Of a DNA stretch of 64,000 nt, positions 54,554 through 63,478 are shown one piece after another. Below the pieces are notes generated by a model. The model was not told the DNA's origin. It did no database searches and was given only the letters and a program-made list of their open reading frames with translations. How positions within the stretch are numbered: position 1 is the first letter of the stretch; each line of letters starts with the position of its first letter. Source of the DNA: an uncultured Chitinophagales bacterium (GTDB lineage: Bacteria; Bacteroidota; Ignavibacteria; UBA10030; UBA6906). Where the stretch lies: contig CAZBWR010000004.1 of the NCBI GenBank assembly GCA_964495695.1, positions 39,006 through 103,005 of the forward strand. Reading direction: 5' to 3'. Made by a program: the position numbers and the translations under genes.

Positions 54554-57064
54554 CTATGCTTCGTCGCGCCATTGAATCACTTTGCGCTCGTATTGGTTTG
54601 CCAATTCATCGGCGACACTCTTTTCCGGTGCCTCGGCATTGATATGGAACAGCGGCCGCTCTTTATCCGGCAACAGCAGAACAGAGGCACGCGTTCCATT
54701 CTGATCGAGATGAATCTTGACTCCGTCGACGAGGTCCCGGTGTTTTCCCTCGGAGTCGCGCATGATGTTGCGCATCACCTTGCCTTTATGCTCCCACGAA
54801 CAATTCACGTTCCGCTTGGACAAGTACATGCGGGGGAGTTCAGCATCAATTTCACCAAGGCGTTTTCCGGTCAACGCCATCATCTCCAGAATCTTGACAA
54901 ACGAGAACATCGCATCGGTTGCAAAGAAGAAGTCACTAAAGATAAAACCGCCTTTATTGCCACCGACAAACCGCGGCTTCTTGTGTGTCGCCGCCTCCAT
55001 CATTGCGAGATGACTGTCACGCGTTTTGTTTACTTTGACGTTCTTTTGTGCGCAGATCAGGTCGATATCGCCTGAGGCGGTAATCGGGACGGCAATCTCG
55101 GCAACATCCGGTGTTGTTTGAAGGAACAATTCCGTGACGATGGTCAGCAACCTGTCGCTTGTGATCGCCTCGCCCTTCTCGTTGACGACGAAGATCTTCT
55201 CGCCTCCAGCGTCAATGAGGCATCCCATGTCGTATTTCAATGACGTTACAATATGCGAGAGTTGCTTGATCGACGCGTCGAATTCAGCCTGGTCCCGGGT
55301 GAGGCGTTTCGGATCCAGATGGGCGTTCGTCGCAATCACCTGGCATTCAAACGAGCCGAGAATGATCGGGAAGATCGTTGACGCGACCCCGTTCGAATAA
55401 TCAATGACGAGGTTGTATTTCTTTTTATTGATTGCCTCGACATTGATTGCCGCAAGAAATTTCTCACGATATGCCTCGGTTGTCCGCTCGGGAAAGTAGA
55501 TACTGCCCACTTTGTCCCTCGGTGCTCTGGGGAAATCCTCTCCGAAAAACAACCGCTCGATGTTCTTGGTCCGGCCGGAGGGCAGATCTTTACCTCCCGC
55601 ATCAAAAAAGATAATGTCGGTCAGGTTCTTATCGAACGGCGAGCGTCGGACGTGTATGCCGCCGGCTTCTTTCCCGCTGCTCAGCTCGTGCCGCAAGAGG
55701 GGAATGGACATTGCGCGGAGATCGTATGTGTTTACACCAGCTGAAATCAATCCGCAAATAAGTGCACGATTGATCATGCGGGAAACATTGTCGGAATCAC
55801 GGCAGGTAACGACAGCTTTGCCCTCACCGATGAAGGCGCCATACGCAGCCCCCAGTTTGGCACCGAACTCGGGATTCATTTCGATGTTGGAGAGCCCGGT
55901 CACGCGGGCGTCGGTGAACAGCTCGCGAAGCCACTTGTCCTCCCACACAAGGCTGCGTGTAAGGATTGCTCCTTCCTCGACCACCTTCTCGGGCCAGAGC
56001 TTGATATTCGACGAAAGCTGTGCCTTGCGGCCGATCCAGCATCCGTCGCCGATGAATACATTCTCCGAAACAACGGCCTTCTCGCCAATCGAGCAGCGAG
56101 AGCACACAACGTCGTTCGACAATTCCGTGCTGTGTCCGATCACTACATCGTTCCATGTAACCACATTCCGCAGGACGGCGCCGGGGCCGATAACACAGTT
56201 ATCGCCGATGACACAGTTGGAGAGGTGAACATCATCGCCGATAGTGACGTTTTTCCCAAGTACGACACTACCGCTGATGGACAACGTTTCCTTTTCAAAG
56301 GAGCATCCCTCGCCGTATGTGAGCGATCCGTCAGAGGTACCCTCGATGTTTACCTTTACCCGTCCTTTGAGGGCGTCGATGTGCGCCTCTTGATATTCGT
56401 TCAGGTTTCCAATGTCCCGCCAGTAGCCGTCCGAAATGTAGCCATAAAGCCCGAGGTCGTTGCGCAACAGGTGAGGAAAAAGATTCTTGCTGAAGTCGAA
56501 TTCCTCGCGGTACGGAATGAGCTCCAGAACCTCAGGCTCGAGGATGTAAATTCCTGTATTGATCGTGTCGCTGAATACCTCGCCCCATGATGGTTTTTCG
56601 AGGAACCTGGTGATTTTGTTGTCGGGTCCGGTGATGACCACACCGAAGGCGAGAGGGTTGGTGGCGTGTGTCAGAACGATGGTTGCCTTGGCTTTTTTTT
56701 CTTCATGAAAGCGTAAGGCGGCCGTAAGGTCAAAATCCGTCAGCACGTCTCCGCTGATGACCATGATGCGCTCATTCAATCCCTTCGTGGCATTCCTGAC
56801 GCTTCCGGCTGTTCCATAGTCCGCTTCGGCCTTGACGTATGACATGTTTATGCCTAAGCGCGAGCCGTCACCGAAATAGTTGGTGATAACTTCAGGTGAA
56901 TAAAACAGGGTGGCGATCATATCCGTGATGCCGTGTTGCTTCAACAGCTCCACGATGTGGTGCATCATCGGCTTGTTCATTACGGGCGCCATCGGTTTGG
57001 GCGTATTGCAGGTGAGCGGGCGTAAGCGCGTCCCGAACCCGCCAGCCATGATAATCGCTTTCAT
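54554..57064 (-). CDS. Sugar-1-phosphate nucleotidylyltransferase (mannose-1-P guanylyltransferase-like) with left-handed beta-helix, fused to a phosphohexomutase-like C-terminal half
   Basis: 836 aa. N-terminus MKAIIMAGGFGTRLRPLT, then hexapeptide repeats. The C-terminal half has the PGM/PMM-like domain order, but the usual TASHNP active-site motif reads GIHVRRSPFD. Confidence 0.7.
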   Translation of the reverse strand: MKAIIMAGGFGTRLRPLTCNTPKPMAPVMNKPMMHHIVELLKQHGITDMIATLFYSPEVITNYFGDGSRLGINMSYVKAEADYGTAGSVRNATKGLNERIMVISGDVLTDFDLTAALRFHEEKKAKATIVLTHATNPLAFGVVITGPDNKITRFLEKPSWGEVFSDTINTGIYILEPEVLELIPYREEFDFSKNLFPHLLRNDLGLYGYISDGYWRDIGNLNEYQEAHIDALKGRVKVNIEGTSDGSLTYGEGCSFEKETLSISGSVVLGKNVTIGDDVHLSNCVIGDNCVIGPGAVLRNVVTWNDVVIGHSTELSNDVVCSRCSIGEKAVVSENVFIGDGCWIGRKAQLSSNIKLWPEKVVEEGAILTRSLVWEDKWLRELFTDARVTGLSNIEMNPEFGAKLGAAYGAFIGEGKAVVTCRDSDNVSRMINRALICGLISAGVNTYDLRAMSIPLLRHELSSGKEAGGIHVRRSPFDKNLTDIIFFDAGGKDLPSGRTKNIERLFFGEDFPRAPRDKVGSIYFPERTTEAYREKFLAAINVEAINKKKYNLVIDYSNGVASTIFPIILGSFECQVIATNAHLDPKRLTRDQAEFDASIKQLSHIVTSLKYDMGCLIDAGGEKIFVVNEKGEAITSDRLLTIVTELFLQTTPDVAEIAVPITASGDIDLICAQKNVKVNKTRDSHLAMMEAATHKKPRFVGGNKGGFIFSDFFFATDAMFSFVKILEMMALTGKRLGEIDAELPRMYLSKRNVNCSWEHKGKVMRNIMRDSEGKHRDLVDGVKIHLDQNGTRASVLLLPDKERPLFHINAEAPEKSVADELANQYERKVIQWRDEA

Positions 57065-57187
57065 GATACGCTTGATGCTATTTGAGAGGAATGAGTTAGC
57101 CTGGATTGATGCGCTGTAACGCCTTCAAGATAACAATTCAGCTTTTCGGATACAATTCCCAAATCTGCCTGCGACGCGACGCTTTGT

Positions 57188-58330
57188 TTAGCCAAGTGCG
57201 GCTTCCAGGTCGGCGAGAATATCGTCCACGTCCTCAATCCCGACCGATATACGCACCAGGCCGTCGGTTACACCGATGCGAGCACGCTGCTCGGGGGGGA
57301 TCGCAGCATGCGTCATGGTTGCAGGATGGGTGATGATTGTTTCAACGCCCCCCAGGCTCTCAGCGAGAGCGCATAACCGTACTTTCTTCAAAATGGCACC
57401 GGCGGCATCCAGACTTCCCAGATCGAATGAGATCATTCCCCCGAAGCTACGCATTTGCTTCTTTGCCAACTCATGTTGAGGATGGTCGGCGAGTCCCGGA
57501 TAGTAAACCTTCTTGATCTTGTTTTGTTTTACCAGCCATTCGGCAACGATCATTGCGCTTTCGCAATGTTGCTTCATCCGTACGGCAAGAGTTTTGGTCC
57601 CGCGAAGACAAAGCCAGGCATCGAACGGGCCGAGAATGCCTCCAACAGCTTTTTGCAGAAAACGGAGCTTTTCGGCAAAGGTATCATTGTTTGTTACCAG
57701 GAAGCCGCCAAGCATGTCGCTGTGTCCGTTGAGGTACTTGGTGAGACTGTGAACAACGATGTCGAAGCCGTGATCAATGGGTTGCTGAAGATAGGGAGTG
57801 GCGAATGTATTATCCACCACCGAAATGAGCTTGAACTTCTTCGCTATTGCTGCCGCGCCTGCCAGATCGGTGATTTCCATGGTCGGGTTCGTCGGTGTTT
57901 CGATGAAGAGCATCTTCGTGTTCGGGCGAAGCACACGCTCGACGTTCTGCAAATCGGTCGTATCCACGAAATCAAACTGCAGCCCGAAATCTTCCCATAC
58001 CATCTTTGCGATGCGGTACGTTCCGCCGTAGACGTTCCACGACATAATGACGTGATCTCCCGGCTTAAGCAGGTGCATAACAGCATCCACTGCCGCCGTG
58101 CCCGAGCCGAATGCCATGCCGTGTGTGCCCTTCTCGAGGGCGGCGATATTTTGTTCCAGCGCTGTGCGCGTGGGGTTGGAAACACGCGAGTATTCATAGC
58201 CCTTATGCTTTCCCAATTCCTCCTGAACATACGTAGAGGTGAGGAACACGGGTGTCATGATGGCTCCAGTGACGGGTTCGGCTGGTTGTCCCGCGTGAAT
58301 AGCTTTTGTCGAGAATCCTTGTTCTTTCAT
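57188..58330 (-). CDS. PLP-dependent Cys/Met metabolism enzyme (cystathionine gamma-synthase / gamma-lyase family)
   Basis: 380 aa. PLP-lysine region IVVHSLTKYLNGHSDMLGG; the fold matches MetB/MetC/CGL throughout. Confidence 0.85.
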   Translation of the reverse strand: MKEQGFSTKAIHAGQPAEPVTGAIMTPVFLTSTYVQEELGKHKGYEYSRVSNPTRTALEQNIAALEKGTHGMAFGSGTAAVDAVMHLLKPGDHVIMSWNVYGGTYRIAKMVWEDFGLQFDFVDTTDLQNVERVLRPNTKMLFIETPTNPTMEITDLAGAAAIAKKFKLISVVDNTFATPYLQQPIDHGFDIVVHSLTKYLNGHSDMLGGFLVTNNDTFAEKLRFLQKAVGGILGPFDAWLCLRGTKTLAVRMKQHCESAMIVAEWLVKQNKIKKVYYPGLADHPQHELAKKQMRSFGGMISFDLGSLDAAGAILKKVRLCALAESLGGVETIITHPATMTHAAIPPEQRARIGVTDGLVRISVGIEDVDDILADLEAALG

Positions 58331-58350
58331 ATGCCTGGTTATGCTGTGCT

Positions 58351-59739
58351 TTACTTTTGCATGAATTCAATGACGTCGTACCGTGTGAGGATGCCGACGG
58401 TTTTCTGGTTCTCTTCAACGAGAACGGCTGCGTTCCGTTTCATCGTCAGGAGTTTGAGAACATCTTCAATCTCAGAATCTATGTTTATCGTCGGGAAGGG
58501 TGGGGTCATCACTGTGCTGACGGGGGATTCCATCAATGCGGGGCGTTCGATCACAGTTGTCATCACCTCCGTGTCGGTAAGCGAGCCGACCGGTTTGCCA
58601 CGCTCAAGAACGGGAATCTGTGATACATCATGTTGTCTCATCAACTCAAGCGCTTTCCGCACATTGGTCATCGGGTCAACATCCACGATTTGCCCCATTT
58701 TGTTTTTGGACTCAATGACGTATCGGGCTGTGATTTTTTCCGGCACGAGGAAGCCGTTTTCTTCCATCCAGTCATCATTGAAAATTTTGCTGAGGTAGCG
58801 CTCGCCGGAATCGGGCAGCAAGACTACCACAACGTCATCGTCCTTGAAGCGGTGCGCAATCTTCATCAGGCCGGCAACCGCCGTTCCGGCTGAGCCGCCC
58901 ACCATAAGTCCTTCTTTGCGGGTGAGTGCCCGTGCCATCAGGAATGACTCCCGGTCATCCGCATCCACGACTTCATCGATGTACTGAAAATCGAGCGTGC
59001 CCGGGACATAGTCTTGTCCGATGCCTTCGACCTTGTAAGTCTTGAGGAGGGGAGTGATCTTTTTTGTGTAGAAGTACTCCTTGAGCGCTGATCCCTTCGG
59101 ATCCACGCCAATGACCTTGATGTTCGGGTTTTTCTCCTTCAGGAATTTACCCGTTCCGGTGATCGTGCCTCCCGTTCCAATGCCGCAAACGAAATAATCA
59201 ATCTGTCCGCCAGTCTGTTCCCAGATCTCGGGGCCGGTGGTGTTGTAATGAGCTTCAGGGTTGCGCGGATTGTAGTATTGATTTGCAAGGATTGCGTTAG
59301 GCGTCTCACGCACACGGCGTTTGGCGACCTCAGTGTAGCTTTCCGGCGACTCGTGCGGAACTGCTGTCGGCGTAACGATCACCTCGGCGCCGAAGGCGCG
59401 CAGCAATCTGATCTTCTCCATACTCATCTTGTCGGGGAGTGTGAACACCGTTTTATATCCCTTTACGGCTGCAACAAGGGCAAGCCCCATGCCGGTGTTC
59501 CCAGATGTTGATTCGATTATTGTGCCTCCCGGTTTCAGGCGACCATCGTGTTCAGCCTCTTCAATGATACTGACACCGATTCTATCCTTGACTGAGCCTC
59601 CCGGATTGAAGTACTCGACCTTTGCCAGTATCAGTCCTTTGGCTCCTTTAGGGATGTTGCTGAGACGGACGAGCGGCGTTTTGCCGATTGTTTGGAGAAT
59701 GTTGTCGTAGTAACAGACTTTTGATGGATCCTTTGCCAT
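58351..59739 (-). CDS. Cystathionine beta-synthase-like (CysK/CysM-type PLP domain plus C-terminal CBS pair)
   Basis: PLP region GKTPLVRLSNIPK..., GSVKDRIG, GTGGTITG, then two CBS motifs. The ORF track start at 59865 would overlap ldh, so the start is set at MAKDPSK (59739). Confidence 0.8.
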   Translation of the reverse strand: MAKDPSKVCYYDNILQTIGKTPLVRLSNIPKGAKGLILAKVEYFNPGGSVKDRIGVSIIEEAEHDGRLKPGGTIIESTSGNTGMGLALVAAVKGYKTVFTLPDKMSMEKIRLLRAFGAEVIVTPTAVPHESPESYTEVAKRRVRETPNAILANQYYNPRNPEAHYNTTGPEIWEQTGGQIDYFVCGIGTGGTITGTGKFLKEKNPNIKVIGVDPKGSALKEYFYTKKITPLLKTYKVEGIGQDYVPGTLDFQYIDEVVDADDRESFLMARALTRKEGLMVGGSAGTAVAGLMKIAHRFKDDDVVVVLLPDSGERYLSKIFNDDWMEENGFLVPEKITARYVIESKNKMGQIVDVDPMTNVRKALELMRQHDVSQIPVLERGKPVGSLTDTEVMTTVIERPALMESPVSTVMTPPFPTINIDSEIEDVLKLLTMKRNAAVLVEENQKTVGILTRYDVIEFMQK

Positions 59740-59741
59740 AA

Positions 59742-60692
59742 CTATCCTTTCAGTGAAGCGAGTGTGCTTGTAAGTTTGTCGGCAGAATTCCGGAATCCTT
59801 TTTCTTCCATCTCGTTCAAGGGAAGAGTAAGTACTTCCTCGACGCCGTTCGTTCCCACGACGCACGGGAGGCTAAGGCAGATATCGGTGATTCCGTACTG
59901 GCCGGTCATCAACGTCGATACGCTCAACACCGATCGGTAATTTCCGAGAATGGCCTCGACTATCGACACGAGGCCGAGCCCGATTGCGTAGTAGGTTGAC
60001 CCTTTGCGCTTGATGATTTCATAGGCGGCATCGCGCACGCTGATGAAGAGTTTGTCCATTGCCGCCTGATCGTAGACTTTGTTGCCGAGGGGGGCGAACT
60101 TCGCAAGGCGCACGCCGCCGATGTTTGCGAGGCTCCAGACCGGAATCTCGGAATCGCCGTGTTCTCCGATGATGTACGCATGCACGCTGCGCGGGTCAAC
60201 GTCGTAATACTGCCCCAACAAATGACGGAAACGGGAAGTGTCGAGGATCGTTCCGGATCCGATGACTTGGGATGGCTTCAGTCCCGATTCCTTCAGCGAT
60301 ATGTACGTGAGGATATCGACGGGATTGGTCGCGATGAGGATAATTCCGTGCGGGTTATACTTCACGATTTGCGGGACTATGCTGCGGAAGATTGCGGCGT
60401 TGCGGCTCAGCAAATCAAGCCGGGTTTCGCCGGGTTTTTGCGAAGCTCCTCCGCAAATCACGACCACGTTGCACTCTGCGAGGTCCGGATACTCGCCAAC
60501 GCGAATCCGCATCGGGCTGCCGAACTGCAGTCCGTGGTTAAGGTCCATTGCCTCGCCTTCCGCCTTCTCACGGTTTACGTCAACCAGCACAAGTTCGGTT
60601 GCCACTTCCCTGATCATCAGCGCGTAGGCGAATGATGCACCTACGTTTCCCAATCCGACTAATCCCACTTTCCGCTTGCCGCCCGGTGTCAC
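59742..60692 (-). CDS. ldh: L-lactate dehydrogenase
   Basis: 316 aa. KVGLVGLGNVGASFAYAL (Rossmann); substrate loop GASQKPGETRLDL; IGEHGDSE with the catalytic His. Start overlaps the larB stop. Confidence 0.85.
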   Translation of the reverse strand: MTPGGKRKVGLVGLGNVGASFAYALMIREVATELVLVDVNREKAEGEAMDLNHGLQFGSPMRIRVGEYPDLAECNVVVICGGASQKPGETRLDLLSRNAAIFRSIVPQIVKYNPHGIILIATNPVDILTYISLKESGLKPSQVIGSGTILDTSRFRHLLGQYYDVDPRSVHAYIIGEHGDSEIPVWSLANIGGVRLAKFAPLGNKVYDQAAMDKLFISVRDAAYEIIKRKGSTYYAIGLGLVSIVEAILGNYRSVLSVSTLMTGQYGITDICLSLPCVVGTNGVEEVLTLPLNEMEEKGFRNSADKLTSTLASLKG

Positions 60693-61450
60693 GCCTTTCT
60701 CCTTCTGTTGATTGTACTGGCGGCAAATCCCGCCCCGAACCCGTTATCGATGTTCACGACCAAGACTCCTGCAGCACAGGAGTTCAACATTGTAAGCAAG
60801 GGAGCTACGCCCTGAAAATTCGCCCCATACCCGACCGAAGTTGGGACTGCTATCACGGGCACGTCCACTAGTCCTCCTACAACGCTCGGAAGGGCGCCAT
60901 CCATTCCAGCGACGACGATTATCACGGCCGCGGAACGGAGTTTCTGATTTTGTGTAAGTATGCGATGAATACCCGCAACCCCGACATCTGTGAGGCGATC
61001 GACCATGTTCCCCATAAGTGATGCAGTCTCGGCGGCTTCCTCCGCCACGGGGAGATCGGAAGTGCCCGCGGTAACAATGAGAACAGTTCCTATGCCGCGC
61101 GGTTTCACGAGATGTTCATTTGCAATGATTGTTCTGCCGAGCGGGTTGTAGCGCGCCTTGCGAATGACCTTTTTCACGGCACGAAACTGCTCCGATGTTG
61201 CTCTGGTTCCAAGCAAAATGCTTCCATGCTTCACAATTCGGTGGGCTATTGCGGCAACTTGGGCAGTCGTTTTTCCCTCACACAAAATAACCTCCGGGAA
61301 CCCTTGACGTATTTCCCTGTGCCTATCGAGAGAGGCAAAGCCGAGTTGCTCAACCATCGATGACGACAGTGCTTGCAGAAGATGTTCGTCGGGGATTGTG
61401 CCTTTCTTGTACGCTTGCAGGAGTTTCTTGACCTCAGGTTTGATCATCAA
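60689..61450 (-). CDS. larB: LarB-family protein (PurE-like; nickel-pincer nucleotide cofactor biosynthesis carboxylase/hydrolase)
   Basis: 253 aa. PurE-like C-terminal half VIIVVAGMDGALPSVVGGLVDVPVIAVPTSVGYG, and an N-terminal extension typical of LarB rather than PurE. Confidence 0.7.
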   Translation of the reverse strand: MMIKPEVKKLLQAYKKGTIPDEHLLQALSSSMVEQLGFASLDRHREIRQGFPEVILCEGKTTAQVAAIAHRIVKHGSILLGTRATSEQFRAVKKVIRKARYNPLGRTIIANEHLVKPRGIGTVLIVTAGTSDLPVAEEAAETASLMGNMVDRLTDVGVAGIHRILTQNQKLRSAAVIIVVAGMDGALPSVVGGLVDVPVIAVPTSVGYGANFQGVAPLLTMLNSCAAGVLVVNIDNGFGAGFAASTINRRRKA

Positions 61451-61592
61451 TCAACACTTTGGGGAGACTGGGTTGCGGGGACGTTGGATTTTTGCATGTC
61501 CAATATACTCCTTTCATCATCCTCATGCAAGAAGCACGCCAACGCTTGCGTCGTTGATTCTGCGATTGATTTTCGTTATCCTCATTGAGAAT

Positions 61593-62231
61593 ATGGATGA
61601 AATAACAGTACAATCCTATCTCATTGCGCTTCTTGCAGGGTATGCAATCGGATCGTTTCCGACCGCGTACCTCTTGGTGAAGTGGAGACATAACACCGAC
61701 ATCCGCAAAGCCGGGAGCGGTAACGTCGGGACACTGAACAGCTATGAGGTAACCGGTTCGAAGAGGGTAGGCATCGTCGTTCTCATTGTGGACTTTTTCA
61801 AGGGTGTGGCTGCCGTTTTAATCGCAGGAGCCATTTCGGGTGATGGATTTGCGGTGGGTGCTGCAGCCTGTCTTGGTGCGGTTATTGGACATAACTTTCC
61901 GGTGTGGTTGGGTTTCAAGGGCGGGAGAGGGCTGGCCACGGCCGCTGGCGGTGTAACGGTTCTCGGGTGGATACTGTTGCCAATATGGCTGGTCAGCTGG
62001 TATATCGGCAACAAGATTTTCAAGGATGTCAATCTTGGTAATACTGTAGCAACGTTGTCCCTTCTCATCGGTGCGGTGTTTGTTCCGGTCGGATTGCTCT
62101 TAAAGGCTCTTGCCCCCGCCACGGAGCCTTCGAATTTCAGGATATTTGTTGTTCTCCTTGCGCTGATTATTCTCAGCCGGCTGATTCAGCCTGTGGCGGA
62201 GTATTTTTCCCAAAGACGGAAAAAAGGATAG
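61593..62231 (+). CDS. plsY: Glycerol-3-phosphate acyltransferase PlsY
   Basis: Motifs GYAIGSFPTAYLL, KAGSGNVGTLN and FKGGRGLATAAG. The ORF track starts at 61398 in the same frame; start trimmed to ATG 61593 (MDEITVQ). Confidence 0.8.
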   Translation: MDEITVQSYLIALLAGYAIGSFPTAYLLVKWRHNTDIRKAGSGNVGTLNSYEVTGSKRVGIVVLIVDFFKGVAAVLIAGAISGDGFAVGAAACLGAVIGHNFPVWLGFKGGRGLATAAGGVTVLGWILLPIWLVSWYIGNKIFKDVNLGNTVATLSLLIGAVFVPVGLLLKALAPATEPSNFRIFVVLLALIILSRLIQPVAEYFSQRRKKG

Positions 62232-62278
62232 GTTTCAGAAGAGGGGTACAAGTGCGAGTAGTATAGGGAGATTCAGTC

Positions 62279-63478
62279 ATGAATGGAAAAGTAATGCTCA
62301 GTCTTGCAATCATTCCCCTGCTTGTGGGGGGCCTCGTCGGATATGGTATCGGACAGGCGGGTGGACATCAAGAGTCGGTGGACGACAGATATGCTGACGC
62401 GCCGTTTGAGGAGGCGAGATCGGCATCGGCGCAGTCGCAGCAACGTGCCGGAACCAATGATGATATTGCCAGCTCAAGACAGAATGCCATCACGAGAACC
62501 GTGTCCACGTGTTCGCCTGCTGTCGTCGGTATCAACGTCATCGAAGTCCGTCAACTCAGGTACCGAAGTCCTTGGGGAGATGATCCTTTCTTTCGTCACT
62601 TTTTTCCGGACCAGGTGTACACACAGCAGATTCAGGAACTTGGCTCGGGGTTCATCATCTCTCCTGACGGATACGTTGTCACGAACGATCATGTCGCCGG
62701 CAATGCCAAGGAAATAACCGTGACGATGACGAACGGGGACAAGTATAAAGCAGAACTCATCGGCACGGATCAGATCACCGACCTCGCTTTATTGAAAATC
62801 GATGCCCAGAATCTACCATACCTGAAGCTGGGAAATTCTGATGACGTTGTTATCGGGGAGTGGGTGATAGCATTCGGCAATCCGTTCGGCCTCTTTGATG
62901 TGAACAACAAACCGACGGTAACAGTGGGAGTGGTGAGTTCCACGAATATGAACCTGCGCGCCCAACAAGGAAGAACATATCGTGGAATGATTCAAACAGA
63001 TGCGGCGATCAACTCCGGCAATAGCGGCGGTCCGCTGGTCAACAGTCTGGGTGAGGTTATTGGTGTTAATTCCGTGATCTACACCCCGAACCAGGGGAGT
63101 ATCGGTCTCGGGTTTGCCATACCGGTGAACAAGGTGAAAGCTGTTATCGCCGAGCTGAAACGGAGCGGGAAGATCGAGCGGGAGTATTATACAGGACTTG
63201 AGATACAGAATGTTGATGAGCGCGTTGCCCGGTATTTCGGATTGCCCCGCGCTGAAGGGGTCATTGTCAGTAACGTGTACCGGAGGAGTCCTGCTGAGCG
63301 CTCTGGATTCCGACCCGGTGATATTATCGTCAAGGCGAACGGCGAGCGGGTAGCCGACCAGTCAACCCTCATTTCGATTCTCGAGGACTCACGGATCGGT
63401 GATGTTATCAAGTTTACAGTCATCCGTGAGCGCCGCGAGATGGAAATCCCCTTGAAACTTGAAAAACGTTCGGCATGA
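62279..63478 (+). CDS. htrA: HtrA/DegP-family periplasmic serine protease (trypsin domain plus PDZ)
   Basis: 399 aa. Catalytic triad context (TNDHV, DLALLKI, GNSGGPL) and a C-terminal PDZ (GVIVSNVYRRSPAERSGFRPGDIIVKANG). Confidence 0.85.
   Translation: MNGKVMLSLAIIPLLVGGLVGYGIGQAGGHQESVDDRYADAPFEEARSASAQSQQRAGTNDDIASSRQNAITRTVSTCSPAVVGINVIEVRQLRYRSPWGDDPFFRHFFPDQVYTQQIQELGSGFIISPDGYVVTNDHVAGNAKEITVTMTNGDKYKAELIGTDQITDLALLKIDAQNLPYLKLGNSDDVVIGEWVIAFGNPFGLFDVNNKPTVTVGVVSSTNMNLRAQQGRTYRGMIQTDAAINSGNSGGPLVNSLGEVIGVNSVIYTPNQGSIGLGFAIPVNKVKAVIAELKRSGKIEREYYTGLEIQNVDERVARYFGLPRAEGVIVSNVYRRSPAERSGFRPGDIIVKANGERVADQSTLISILEDSRIGDVIKFTVIRERREMEIPLKLEKRSA

Noticed and set aside
59740-59865. N-terminal 42-codon extension of the cbs-like ORF, and the similar extension of mpg at 19871-19975
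   Set aside because: The cbs extension would overlap the upstream ldh. The mpg extension adds a non-conserved N-terminal sequence. In both, an internal Met immediately precedes the conserved N-terminal motif of the family.
61451-61592. Possible riboswitch (for example SAM) in the leader of the larB-ldh-cbs-metB operon
   Set aside because: The - strand leader lacks the conserved SAM-I/SAM-II core motifs and shows no strong conserved helices by eye.
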